From the NCBI RefSeq assembly GCF_900083515.1, contig NZ_LT671858.1, positions 1,560,001 through 1,592,000 of the forward strand: a stretch of 32,000 bases of DNA, given 5' to 3'. Positions 17,136 to 28,249 of the stretch are shown here, piece by piece. The stretch is from Cuniculiplasma divulgatum. Lineage in GTDB: Archaea > Thermoplasmatota > Thermoplasmata > Thermoplasmatales > Thermoplasmataceae. Under the pieces are notes generated by a model. The model ran no database searches. It had not been told where the DNA came from and saw only the letters and a list, made by a program, of their open reading frames with translations. Position 1 is the first letter of the stretch. Every line of letters starts with the position of its first letter. The translations under genes were made by a program, and so were the position numbers.

Positions 17136-18978
17136 ATCTGGGATTCATAAACAGATCTTATTCTCCTTACCCTTTGAGGAAGGTGAAGAATCATGCTATC
17201 TGAAGGGTAGCTTTAACTGCAATGGTGATGGAAGTGTTGAACTCCAGAAAACTGATGATGGCAGGAATTGGGAAGTTACTTTGAAACTCCTGCCTGGAAC
17301 ATATAACTTTTTTTATTCGGTAAATCAGTACAACCTCTTCAACGAACACAGGGAAAGAATAAAAAAACCTGTGACTCTCCATATAAAACAGGAATACTTC
17401 TTTCACGATCCAGATTCTTCCCGCTTTTTTTCCAGAAATGGTGGCTTTTTTGTAATAAGATGCATAACACCTCCCGATGTTCTGAGTGTGAAAATTGAAC
17501 AGGTTGGGAGCAGGAAGAAAAATAATGATTTCAAATTCAGGTCCAGCGATTACAATCTCTTTGAATTTATAAGCAGGACTGATGGAAAGTATATTTTTTA
17601 TGACGACCATGGAAATAGATACGGACCTTTTACTCCGCCTGCTAGGGATGAGGCAAATAAATCATCGAATATTATATATCAGATATTCCCCGATAGATTC
17701 AACAGGAAGGGTTCACCAGATGCCGAATTCACAAAATGGGGTGAACCTCCAGAGAGAAATTCATTCTTTGGAGGTAACATAGAGGGGATTATAGAAAAGA
17801 TACCATATCTAGCAGATCTCGGTGTGGATCATCTTTACCTCACTCCTTTCTACAGTTCCAGGAGTAATCACCGTTATGATATAGATGATTATTTCTCCGT
17901 AGACCGCAGATTTGGAACCCTTGACCAGCTAACCACTTTATCCAAAAAATTACAGGAAGATAAAATTTCAATGATCCTTGATATGGTTTTCAACCACACA
18001 TCCATATATTTTCCACAGTTTGTAAGAGAACTCAGGGAAAAGTTACCCCACGATCAGAGCTGGTACAAATTCATAAAGGATACAGATGAAGGAATGAGGA
18101 TAAGATGGCCTGTAAAAGATGGAAAAACAGATGCGTTCTATGAATCTTTCTTTGATAATGGAGGCATGCCCAAGCTGAATCACAGAAACGAATCCGTGAA
18201 GAAATTTATGCTTGACGTGATGAAATTTTATGCAGAAAGATTAAATATTTCATTTTTAAGATATGATGTTGCTGATTCGATAAATCTGAATAGCATAGGT
18301 GAGATATTCATGAAGTTCAAGGGAAAATTTCCTGAAATAGGCCATATTGCTGAAGTTTGGTGCGTTTCTGATATATTCTTTCGCAAAGGATTATACACAT
18401 CATCCATGAACTATGGATTGCGAAAACTGATCATTTCCCTTATGAATAAGGAAATTAGTCCTAACAGAATGAACAGCGAACTCCTGAATATGAGATTTAT
18501 ACTTGGGGATGATGTATACGGAAAGATGATGAACATCATTGATTCTCATGATACACCCAGAATAAGGACCATCCTTGGAAGCGAGAAACTTGCCATGGCA
18601 GCCTATGGAATAATCATGATAATGGATGGAATGCCAAGCATATATTACGGTGATGAGCTATCAATGGAAGGTGGTCCTGATCCTGACTGCAGGCGTACGA
18701 TGGAGTGGGAAAAGGTTGGAAGTGAATTCTATCTGAAATTCAGGGAATTGGTAAAAATCAGAAAGGAAAATCCTGCTGCCTACAACGGGATAATAAGATT
18801 TAGCAGGGATAAAAAAGGACTGATTAACATAACGAAGTATTCTATAGATCAAAAAATAGAAATGAATCTGAATCTTGGTGACAGTGAGATTAAAACAGAA
18901 GAAAAGAAGTCCTTGAATTCAATAGATGAAAAATCAACATCCATTAGCCCAGAAGCATTCTCCATTCATTTTTATTGA
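17128..18978 (+). CDS. GH13 alpha-amylase-family enzyme (cyclomaltodextrinase/neopullulanase-like), 616 aa
   Basis: GH13 conserved regions: I DMVFNHTS, II FLRYDVADS, III IAEVW, IV IDSHDTPR. An extra N-terminal domain of about 175 aa is present. The start overlaps the GH31 stop by 8 nt (ATGAGTGA). Confidence 0.88.
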   Translation: MSESGIHKQILFSLPFEEGEESCYLKGSFNCNGDGSVELQKTDDGRNWEVTLKLLPGTYNFFYSVNQYNLFNEHRERIKKPVTLHIKQEYFFHDPDSSRFFSRNGGFFVIRCITPPDVLSVKIEQVGSRKKNNDFKFRSSDYNLFEFISRTDGKYIFYDDHGNRYGPFTPPARDEANKSSNIIYQIFPDRFNRKGSPDAEFTKWGEPPERNSFFGGNIEGIIEKIPYLADLGVDHLYLTPFYSSRSNHRYDIDDYFSVDRRFGTLDQLTTLSKKLQEDKISMILDMVFNHTSIYFPQFVRELREKLPHDQSWYKFIKDTDEGMRIRWPVKDGKTDAFYESFFDNGGMPKLNHRNESVKKFMLDVMKFYAERLNISFLRYDVADSINLNSIGEIFMKFKGKFPEIGHIAEVWCVSDIFFRKGLYTSSMNYGLRKLIISLMNKEISPNRMNSELLNMRFILGDDVYGKMMNIIDSHDTPRIRTILGSEKLAMAAYGIIMIMDGMPSIYYGDELSMEGGPDPDCRRTMEWEKVGSEFYLKFRELVKIRKENPAAYNGIIRFSRDKKGLINITKYSIDQKIEMNLNLGDSEIKTEEKKSLNSIDEKSTSISPEAFSIHFY

Positions 18979-19029
18979 AGATATTGACTTTCCAACATAG
19001 TTCGATTAATGGGTATTGTTTTAGATAAT

Positions 19030-20151
19030 TTAGTTGACTGCCTTAGGCATATCTTCTTCCTGATATTTCTTCCTTCCGTATCTATATATCAGACTGCCGG
19101 TATTTGTTTCAAACAGGTATATGGATTTTGGATCAATTACAACCATGGACCTGTCACCCAGTGCAAGCTTTGAACTTACAACATCCTGCCTTACTATGTT
19201 ATCACCATGTTGTGTTTTGAAATATTCATATATACTCTTTCCCAGATTCTGAATCAGGTTCAACTCAACAGCGATACCATCATCACCAAGCTGTACATCC
19301 TCAGGCCTCATCCCGACCATGACGTCCCTGGGAGTCTCTCTTTCTGTATGAATATCTGGCATTTCTACGGCGAAATCTTCAACCGTCAGGTATGTTTTTC
19401 CATCCTTCACTGTGATCTCCCCCGGAATCATATTCATTGCAGGATCTCCAAGGAAGGTTGCTGAAAATGTATTCACCGGCAATGTGTACAGATCATTTGG
19501 ATTTCCCATCTGAACTATTTTTCCTCCATTCATGAGGCATGCCCTGTCAGCAAGTGTTGTTGCCTCCACCTGATCATGGGTTACATACACAGTTGTTGTG
19601 TTGAATTCCCTCTGTAACCTCTTCAATTCCACCCTCATCTGTCCCCTAAGTTTAGCATCCAGATTGCTTAAAGGTTCATCCATTAAAAACAAACTTGGTT
19701 CTCTTACCAGAGATCTTGCAAGTGCAACTCTCTGTTTCTGTCCACCAGATATTTCCCCTGGCTTCCTGTCCATAAGTTCCATGATACCGAGTTTCATTCC
19801 AATTTCTTCCACTTTTTGATCCATTTCAGATTTTGGCATTTTAAGAATTTTCAGTGGAAAAAGTATATTGTCCTTCACTGTCATAAAAGGGTAAAGTGCA
19901 TAATTCTGGAAGACCATGGATATGTTTCTTAGCTTTGGTGGAAAGTTTGTGATTTCTCTCTCATCAAGAAATATATGACCACTATCCACTGTTTCTAGAC
20001 CGGCAATCATTCTCAGTGTTGTTGTCTTTCCACAACCGCTTGGCCCCAGTATTACAAAGAATTCACCTTCCTTTACCTCTAGACTGACTCCAAGTACACC
20101 AACGTTCTTCTTGAATATCCTCACAACGTCCTGTAAAACAAGTTTCTCCAT
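19030..20151 (-). CDS. Sugar ABC transporter ATP-binding protein (MalK/MsiK-like), 373 aa
   Basis: Walker A GPSGCGKTT, signature ISGGQKQRVALAR, Walker B LFLMDEPLSNLD, H-loop YVTHD. The C-terminal regulatory/TOBE-like extension is typical of CUT1 ATPases. Confidence 0.92.
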   Translation of the reverse strand: MEKLVLQDVVRIFKKNVGVLGVSLEVKEGEFFVILGPSGCGKTTTLRMIAGLETVDSGHIFLDEREITNFPPKLRNISMVFQNYALYPFMTVKDNILFPLKILKMPKSEMDQKVEEIGMKLGIMELMDRKPGEISGGQKQRVALARSLVREPSLFLMDEPLSNLDAKLRGQMRVELKRLQREFNTTTVYVTHDQVEATTLADRACLMNGGKIVQMGNPNDLYTLPVNTFSATFLGDPAMNMIPGEITVKDGKTYLTVEDFAVEMPDIHTERETPRDVMVGMRPEDVQLGDDGIAVELNLIQNLGKSIYEYFKTQHGDNIVRQDVVSSKLALGDRSMVVIDPKSIYLFETNTGSLIYRYGRKKYQEEDMPKAVN

Positions 20152-20203
20152 GCATTATCCATTAGTGATGTCATTTAACTTATATCAGTTTTTCGAAAAA
20201 GTG

Positions 20204-20218
20204 ACTATTTTAAGTAGT
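20204..20218 (-). promoter_or_regulatory. Operator-like 15-mer ACTATTTTAAGTAGT (minus-strand reading ACTACTTAAAATAGT) upstream of the ATPase gene
   Basis: Exact duplicate of 23667-23681. It lies in the 92-bp gap between the permease stop and the ATPase start, just downstream (minus sense) of the A/T-rich TTTAATTTTAAACATTATTTTT. Confidence 0.55.
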
Positions 20219-20243
20219 AAAAATAATGTTTAAAATTAAATAT

Positions 20244-21161
20244 TTACTTGTATGTGGACAGGCTGAATCCCGATACAAGATATCTCTGGAACACAAAGAA
20301 TAGTATGAATATTGGTATTCCCATTAGAACCGCAAATGCTGAATAAGTACCGTAATTTATCACTATATCTCCCTGGGAAACGTAATAAAGCCCGATTGCC
20401 ATAGTGTAGAGGCTCTTTGATGTGATAAACTGCCCGGCCAGTGCATAATCGGTGTATGGACCCATGAATGCTATTAGCATTGCAAATATGATTACAGGCT
20501 TTGACATGGGTACAAGTATCCTGAACAGGGCAGATCTTCTACTTAATCCGTCTATTTGGGCTGCTTCCTCATAATCCTTAGGCAGATTGTCCACGTAATT
20601 CTTTATGAGATAGGATGAATAGATCAGTGCCCCTGCGGAATATGGTATTATCAGACCGATATATGAGTCAAGAAGATGGAGCTGTGCAAACATGAAGTAA
20701 TATGGTATTACCATCATTGTGAATGGAAACAGTGTGAGTATGAGAAGCATGTACAGGAAAGCATGTTTTAAGGGTATATTGAACCTTGAAAGTGCCAGTC
20801 CGGAGGTTATTGAAAGCATAACTCCGATAATTGTTGAAACACCAGTTAATATCAGCGTGTTTTTTAGCCACAGGAAGAACGGATGATGATACAGTATGTT
20901 GATATAATTGGCAAGACTGGAATGGGCAGTTGGTAGCAGATCACTCAGACTTGCCTCGGCTAGTGATCCTATACTGTTAAGAGATGTAATAAATACATAG
21001 TATATTGGAAAGACTGCAAATATTGCGAATATGATCAGCACTATGTGAGAAATTATCCTTTTTACAATCTTCATTCTTCTGTAGTAATTGTTCATCCTGT
21101 AAACATTTTCCAAGCTATTTTCAGTCATTGTCTTATTTTTATTTGAAAATTTATTTTCCAT
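20244..21161 (-). CDS. Sugar ABC transporter permease (MalG-like), 305 aa
   Basis: Multiple hydrophobic helices. EAA loop YEEAAQIDGLSRRSALFRILVP. GGTGA Shine-Dalgarno before the ATG, 9 nt after the upstream permease stop. Confidence 0.9.
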   Translation of the reverse strand: MENKFSNKNKTMTENSLENVYRMNNYYRRMKIVKRIISHIVLIIFAIFAVFPIYYVFITSLNSIGSLAEASLSDLLPTAHSSLANYINILYHHPFFLWLKNTLILTGVSTIIGVMLSITSGLALSRFNIPLKHAFLYMLLILTLFPFTMMVIPYYFMFAQLHLLDSYIGLIIPYSAGALIYSSYLIKNYVDNLPKDYEEAAQIDGLSRRSALFRILVPMSKPVIIFAMLIAFMGPYTDYALAGQFITSKSLYTMAIGLYYVSQGDIVINYGTYSAFAVLMGIPIFILFFVFQRYLVSGFSLSTYK

Positions 21162-21170
21162 CTTTTCACC

Positions 21171-22085
21171 TCAGTCCAGAATGGTCATCATCTTCGTGTA
21201 ATGATTTGCAACAACCACGAAAACAAGCAGTATGACTATAGATATTACAGCGTATGCGGCACCGAGTGCGTAGTTGGAATAGGAAAATGCCTGAAGATAT
21301 GAGTATGTGATAAGTATCTCCGTTGATATGCCAGGACCTCCACCAGTCAAAAGGAATGGTACGTAGAAGTTGTTCCATGTAAATATGAAACCGAAAATTG
21401 TTATGAATGCAATCTGTCTCCTTAGTAAGGGTAAAGTTACGCTTGTCAGTGTTCTCAGAGACCCATAGCCGTTAACCTCTGCAGCCTCATATAATTCCTG
21501 TGGTATGCTCTGAACAGCAGAAGTGTAAACGAATGTGTAATATGGAAATGAAAGCCAGAAATTAACAAGGATCAGCGATATCATTGCATATTTTGGGGAT
21601 GTCAGCCAGTCTAGAGATTTAAATCCCATTACGTTAAGAACCTCATTTGCGACTCCTCCAGTATATGCAAGCATATTTGACCATACCAGTATTGTAATGA
21701 ATGCTGGAAATGCCCATGGAAAAAGATACATTGTTCTGTAGATGGTCTTTCCTCTCATCTTTTTCTGATTCATAATGAGAGCCAGAGCAAATCCCGCAGG
21801 AACCATTACCACTGTGCTCCCAATGCTCCAAACTAGCGTATTCCCAATGACAGTCCATAGATCGGAACTTGTGAACACATAAATAAAATTAGCAAGACCT
21901 ACAAACCCGAAATTGAAGAAGTGTGCAGAATTAAAATCTGTAAGAGAGTAGTAAACACTCTCGAAAATTGGATAAAAATCCAGAAACACAAGAACAATTA
22001 TTGCCGGTAAAATATAAACTATGCTTCTGTACTCTACCTTCTTTTTTTTCACCTTATAATCATCTGTTTCAACCATATTACTCAC
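21171..22085 (-). CDS. Sugar ABC transporter permease (MalF-like), 304 aa
   Basis: Hydrophobic helices and EAA loop LYEAAEVNGYGSLRTLTSVTLPL. The track start at 22085 is GTG; the ATG alternative is at 22076 (MVETDD...). Confidence 0.9.
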   Translation of the reverse strand: MSNMVETDDYKVKKKKVEYRSIVYILPAIIVLVFLDFYPIFESVYYSLTDFNSAHFFNFGFVGLANFIYVFTSSDLWTVIGNTLVWSIGSTVVMVPAGFALALIMNQKKMRGKTIYRTMYLFPWAFPAFITILVWSNMLAYTGGVANEVLNVMGFKSLDWLTSPKYAMISLILVNFWLSFPYYTFVYTSAVQSIPQELYEAAEVNGYGSLRTLTSVTLPLLRRQIAFITIFGFIFTWNNFYVPFLLTGGGPGISTEILITYSYLQAFSYSNYALGAAYAVISIVILLVFVVVANHYTKMMTILD

Positions 22086-22113
22086 TCTAAAAATTAAAAA
22101 ATTAGGGTTTGAA

Positions 22114-23610
22114 TTATTTTTTCTTTCTTCTTACGTATACAACGCTAGCAGCTGCTGCTACTATTATTACCACAGCTACTATTGCCAGTATATCATAGAG
22201 GCTTATGCTTATGGATGTTGGTTTTGCTGAAAGCTCGTTGATTTCATTAACAACGGCTCTCTGGAAATCGTTCATGGTCTGTGAAACATTGTTTGTTCCA
22301 TTATCATAAAGGTTTCCAACATATGTATGGAAGTTTGGCCAGTAATAATTCATATTTACGAATCCTGGCTGAGGCATTGTATGGTTTTCCTGATCAAGCC
22401 AGCCCTTTATGAGGGGATCATTGTTGCTGTGTGCCGTTATATAGTTTCCAGCAGCTATGGATGAGGGGAAATCTCCTGCCTTGTCAAACAGATGGATCTG
22501 TGCCGTGGTGTTTGTAAGCATCTCAATGAATTTCAGGGATGCCCATATCTGTGAGGATGTTATTCCACTTGCCTGAGGTGATGATATGAAATATCCTACT
22601 GATCCCCATATGGGTGTTGGCCATAGGCCAGTTGCGTTGTTAAATGGCAGTGCAGTAACGTGAAGATTTGAACCAAGGTATTGGGTGTATGTGCTCTGAT
22701 CCCATGGTCCATCTATCATGAAGGCGCTTTGGTTGTCTTCAAACAGATTATACTGCTGTGTCATTGTTGTTAATCCGGTTGGACTTACGTGATATTTGTA
22801 TGTTAGATTATAGAGGAATGATACTGCTTTAATGTCCCCTGTAGAATTAAGAACAGGCATCTGCTTTGAGTTGAATAATGTTCCTCCAAAGGCCGGGAAC
22901 CACGCTGCAGACCTGTATCCTGAATCTGTACCGAGGCCATATGCAAGCCCCCAGACCTTTGTTGCTGATCCAGATGGATTTAATGTTGTATTATGGGTGA
23001 CATTCAACGCATCCTGAATCATCTGGTATACTGTTTTTGGTGCTGTTTTTACAAATTTACTGTTGTAGTAAAGACCAACACCGTTTGTGTTAACAGGTAT
23101 ACCATACAGAGAGTTGTTTGCGCTCCACGCGGTTATTGTACCAGGGCTGAAGCTTTTAATATATGTACTATTCAGATACTTGTTCAATGCAAGAACTGTT
23201 CCCTCAGCATAAAGAACACCGGCGTTATCGCTGCTGTCCCTGTAGATATCCGGAGCTTTTCCTGCATGAGCAGCACTTGTGTAAGTTGTAGAAGCTATAC
23301 CAACGGCAGGACTATCATCAACTGTCACGTTTGGATATACCTGCTCAAAATAGGCAAGTGTGCTGTTAAAAACCTCTTCTTCTCCTCCCGGGGAACCTGA
23401 TCCCCAAACAGTTATTGTTACATGATTCCCAGATGATGCACTGGGAGTTACCACACCTGACGAGCCTAATGTTGGGTGATCATATACCGTCACAAATGCA
23501 GTCAGTACAAAAATTCCCACAACCATTAAAACTGAAAGAACCTTGAGTTTATTCCTCACGGAAGTTCCAGTTATTTTTTTCCGTTTTAATTTAATATTAT
23601 TATTTGCCAT
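22114..23610 (-). CDS. Extracellular sugar-binding protein of a CUT1 ABC transporter, membrane anchored (about 498 aa from MANNNIKL)
   Basis: Family-1 solute-binding-protein-like core (VTITVWGSGSPGG..., many aromatic residues). N-terminal hydrophobic segment LKVLSVLMVVGIFVLTAFVTV. C-terminal hydrophobic anchor ILAIVAVVIIVAAAASVVYV followed by RRKKK. The ATG at 23610 has GGAG 8 nt upstream; the ORF track extends to 23643. Confidence 0.85.
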   Translation of the reverse strand: MANNNIKLKRKKITGTSVRNKLKVLSVLMVVGIFVLTAFVTVYDHPTLGSSGVVTPSASSGNHVTITVWGSGSPGGEEEVFNSTLAYFEQVYPNVTVDDSPAVGIASTTYTSAAHAGKAPDIYRDSSDNAGVLYAEGTVLALNKYLNSTYIKSFSPGTITAWSANNSLYGIPVNTNGVGLYYNSKFVKTAPKTVYQMIQDALNVTHNTTLNPSGSATKVWGLAYGLGTDSGYRSAAWFPAFGGTLFNSKQMPVLNSTGDIKAVSFLYNLTYKYHVSPTGLTTMTQQYNLFEDNQSAFMIDGPWDQSTYTQYLGSNLHVTALPFNNATGLWPTPIWGSVGYFISSPQASGITSSQIWASLKFIEMLTNTTAQIHLFDKAGDFPSSIAAGNYITAHSNNDPLIKGWLDQENHTMPQPGFVNMNYYWPNFHTYVGNLYDNGTNNVSQTMNDFQRAVVNEINELSAKPTSISISLYDILAIVAVVIIVAAAASVVYVRRKKK

Positions 23611-23666
23611 AATAACATCTCCCGTAGATATTAAAAAGACCATTGATAAACTTTTCTTATTTCCAT

Positions 23667-23681
23667 ACTATTTTAAGTAGT
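23667..23681 (-). promoter_or_regulatory. Operator-like 15-mer ACTATTTTAAGTAGT upstream of the binding-protein gene, in the divergent region shared with the MFS gene
   Basis: Exact duplicate of 20204-20218. On the minus strand it directly follows the TATA-like CTATAAATTC (23682-23691). Confidence 0.55.
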
Positions 23682-23773
23682 GAATTTATAGACAGACTTT
23701 ATCACCGTGAAATACATGGTTTGAAAAATTCAGGTTATACTAAGAAAAGTCTGAATATTGAATTAATAAAGCT

Positions 23774-25069
23774 ATGGGAGTGAAGTCGATGAAAACCAAG
23801 GCGAACAGATCTTATATTTACAGGAAGATCAGGGATTATACAGTTTCATCAGATGATATCATAAAGACAACTGCGAATCTATCAGTAACAGATGGACTTT
23901 TCTGGTCCATATATTCAAGCCTTACAACACCCTTTGTAATACCTCTTTCCATATTTCTACTGGGACAGAGTGCTCCTGTTGGTTACATTACAGGTTTCCC
24001 AGTCCTTGTAGTACCTCTTGCACAGTATCTTTCCAGATATTTTTCCAGGAAGGTGAAGGATTTGAAGAAACTTACTGTTTATACAACCCTTCTGGATAGA
24101 CTGTTATGGCTTCCTGTTGTGTTTCTTGTATTTGTCCATGGACTTCTCCTGACATATTTACTTCTTATAATCCTGCTTTCAGCAAGGACATTCTTTGCAT
24201 CATTTAGTGGAACAACCTGGACACTGTGGGTACCCGGCGTCATACCTGCAAGAAAAAGATCAAGCTACTTTGCATTCAGGAATTTTGTAATGAAGGTATT
24301 TTCGCTGGTAGGATATGCCCTGGCCCTTGGAATCTTCCTCGGAATAACAGATGAGGAAATTGCATTCATCGTTGTTTTCCTTTCAGGTGCACTAATATTC
24401 TCATCAGTTTCCCTTTTCATAATGACCAGAATTAGTCCATATTCCATACCCGATTCTGAAAGAACAACTACGAGAAAAAAATGGACCAGAACATTCAGCT
24501 ATTTTGTCATATTCTCACTGGTATGGAACCTGGGATACAGCATGGTCATGCCATATTTCCAGCTATATCTTGTTTCTCCTCAGTACCTTAACCAGAGCGA
24601 GAGTTTCTATACGATCGTGTATGTTGTAATTGCCGTTTCTTTCATAGCCTCACAGATATTCTGGGGAAAACTTGCAAATAAGCTTGGAAATTTCAAGGTT
24701 ATCCTCATTAATTCTTTTATTATTATCCTCTCTGCCCTGCTAATACCGTTTATTCATAGTCCTTCACTCATTTTTATACCATCCATATTATATGGAGTAG
24801 GGCAGTCTGGACTTACCCTGTCTATGTTCAATGAAATGCTGGGAAGATCAGAATCCTCAAGAATAAATTCCATATCAATGTACAATCTGGTTCAGTCTAT
24901 ATCCGTGGGACTGGGTCCTATTTTTGCAAATTTTCTCATTGAGATATTTGACGTTGACATACATTTCATCTTTGAGGTATCTATAGGATTCATGTTCTCT
25001 TCCATACTTTACTTCGTCCTAAGCGATCTCAGGATCAAAAAAATAGATAAAGAATTGTCATTAGATTGA
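23774..25069 (+). CDS. Multi-pass membrane transporter, probably major facilitator superfamily (431 aa)
   Basis: About 10-12 hydrophobic segments in two halves separated by a basic loop (SERTTTRKKWTR). No strong signature motif read, so the family call is tentative. Confidence 0.55.
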   Translation: MGVKSMKTKANRSYIYRKIRDYTVSSDDIIKTTANLSVTDGLFWSIYSSLTTPFVIPLSIFLLGQSAPVGYITGFPVLVVPLAQYLSRYFSRKVKDLKKLTVYTTLLDRLLWLPVVFLVFVHGLLLTYLLLIILLSARTFFASFSGTTWTLWVPGVIPARKRSSYFAFRNFVMKVFSLVGYALALGIFLGITDEEIAFIVVFLSGALIFSSVSLFIMTRISPYSIPDSERTTTRKKWTRTFSYFVIFSLVWNLGYSMVMPYFQLYLVSPQYLNQSESFYTIVYVVIAVSFIASQIFWGKLANKLGNFKVILINSFIIILSALLIPFIHSPSLIFIPSILYGVGQSGLTLSMFNEMLGRSESSRINSISMYNLVQSISVGLGPIFANFLIEIFDVDIHFIFEVSIGFMFSSILYFVLSDLRIKKIDKELSLD

Positions 25070-25113
25070 TTTAAGAAGTGTGATTGATGTTTTCAGTTAC
25101 ATGGTTAAGCCAT

Positions 25114-26565
<1,452 letters not shown>

Positions 26566-26639
26566 TCATGTTTTCCCTATATTTACTGGTTATCCTGTTA
26601 CTTAAACCCCAAAAAATTCAGGTGTTTAGTACTCTTCAG

Positions 26640-27740
26640 TTACTGCCTAAGAAGTATTAACAGAACGGTGAGTGTAATTGGTACTCCAATTATTATGATA
26701 AGAATAAGCCATGACCACTTGTTGGAGAAGTTGAATGTATATCCGACACCGTATCTTTTTGGAACAAGGATTTTGCTATCCTCTTTATTATGGTAAACAA
26801 GTCCACCAGCCCACTCTTTGTCGTCATCGACAGTATTGCCCTTATCGGGAGATTCCTCCAGATTCCTATACATTTTCCAGCCAGTTTGACCTGAACTTGC
26901 AGCAAACCAGAACACCAGAGGAAGAATCAATATTACCGGAAGGGTAAGGATGGCGACATATGATGAGGAAATAACGTTCCAGATAATAAGTGAACTGAGA
27001 AATAGTGTTGCCAGAATGATCATGTTTATTCCAATAAGCAGCTTGACCATTCGTGCATTGAATCCCTTCATCTGAATGGACGACTTTCTTGGTTGCGCAT
27101 TGTTGCTTCCTGATCTTGTCCTATTAATTGCATAGGAGATACCCTCCAGAAGAACGGTGAGTGGGATGGCAGTGAATACGAGAAGTGAAAATACAGAGAA
27201 GATAGATTTTGTTTCATACTCGTTGGGTTTGCCATTCAGGCCGAAATGTGTTGCAAACCTGTTTGGAATGGCAGGATAGTGAAGTATTCCTGTAATGATG
27301 AAAATAATCAGTTCTATCCATGGGAGTGCGTACCAGACAGCACCCACCTTCATACTTGATTTTGAAATATAAGCTGATACTGTACTGTTTTTATTATTCT
27401 CCTCTCCTGCACTGGATTTCAACTCCTTTGTAGACATCCTGAAATGAAAATACACTAAAGTTAGAGGTATAATTTCAGCAATTGGGAAAAGAGAGGCAAT
27501 TATTGCTGATGTATATACTGAAAGTATCAATGCCAGCACAAGGAATAAAACTGATATTAGAAGATCGTAAATGACATTCCTTTTTTTCATTCCATTAATT
27601 ACTGGAACAAAGTTCTGGTAATCCATTAACCTGACTCCAAATATGAGTTCAGGTCTGGTGAAATATGGATTAAATGCAAAGAATAATCCTATGAAAAGGA
27701 CCACCGGAATGAAGATTGAAAGAGTTAGGAAAGAAAACAT
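26640..27740 (-). CDS. Integral membrane protein with DUF1648-like and DUF5808-like regions (366 aa)
   Basis: Many hydrophobic helices. IPNRFATHFGLNGKPNEY resembles the DUF1648 motif. The C-terminal GGLVYHNKEDSKILVPKRYGVGYTFNF resembles DUF5808. AGGTGA Shine-Dalgarno; the start is 4 nt after the GntR stop. Confidence 0.7.
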   Translation of the reverse strand: MFSFLTLSIFIPVVLFIGLFFAFNPYFTRPELIFGVRLMDYQNFVPVINGMKKRNVIYDLLISVLFLVLALILSVYTSAIIASLFPIAEIIPLTLVYFHFRMSTKELKSSAGEENNKNSTVSAYISKSSMKVGAVWYALPWIELIIFIITGILHYPAIPNRFATHFGLNGKPNEYETKSIFSVFSLLVFTAIPLTVLLEGISYAINRTRSGSNNAQPRKSSIQMKGFNARMVKLLIGINMIILATLFLSSLIIWNVISSSYVAILTLPVILILPLVFWFAASSGQTGWKMYRNLEESPDKGNTVDDDKEWAGGLVYHNKEDSKILVPKRYGVGYTFNFSNKWSWLILIIIIGVPITLTVLLILLRQ

Positions 27741-27744
27741 TTGA

Positions 27745-28152
27745 TCACCTCTTTTGTTCCACTATTTCCTCAATTAGCTCATTAATTCTTTGCCTTACCT
27801 GGTCCACTGAATACCCCTTTGATATTGACTCCAGTAGAAGATTTTTCATCTGCATTTCCCACATACTGTCCATCTTCCTTTCCTTACTTTCCATTATTTC
27901 ATTTACGATAATGCGCTTCCTCCGATCCTGAAATATGTATTCCTCCATTTCCAGATACCCGTAGGCCTTATTCACCGTATGATAATTGATTCCAAGGATG
28001 GATGAAAGCTCCCTCGAGGATGGCAGCCTATCCCCTTTTTTCAATATTCCCATGGCAATGTTCTTAACAATGTCATTATATATCTGTTTATAAATCGGTT
28101 CTGGCGATGATAGATCTATGGTTATCCTGAAATCTTCATTTTCATTATACAT
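27745..28152 (-). CDS. GntR-family (YtrA-like, short effector domain) transcriptional regulator, about 135 aa
   Basis: Winged-helix PIYKQIYNDIVKNIAMGILKKGDRLPSSRELSSILGINYHTVNKAYGYLEMEEYI. The track start at 28215 is TTG; the first ATG at 28152 (MYNENEDF...) gives a typical GntR N-terminus. Confidence 0.85.
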   Translation of the reverse strand: MYNENEDFRITIDLSSPEPIYKQIYNDIVKNIAMGILKKGDRLPSSRELSSILGINYHTVNKAYGYLEMEEYIFQDRRKRIIVNEIMESKERKMDSMWEMQMKNLLLESISKGYSVDQVRQRINELIEEIVEQKR

Positions 28153-28249
28153 ATCCTTCACCCCGGATCTGTACTCTTTCCTGTTTCCAAATTTTTCATT
28201 CACAGATTCTGGCAACTTAAATCACTCTGATATAGAATATGTATAACAC

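Noticed and set aside
23700-23716. TATCACCGTGAAATAC, considered as a Thermococcales-glycolytic-motif-like site (TATCAC-N5-GTGATA)
   Set aside because: Only the left half matches; the right half (AATACA) does not. Only the small TCAC-C-GTGA palindrome remains, which is weak.
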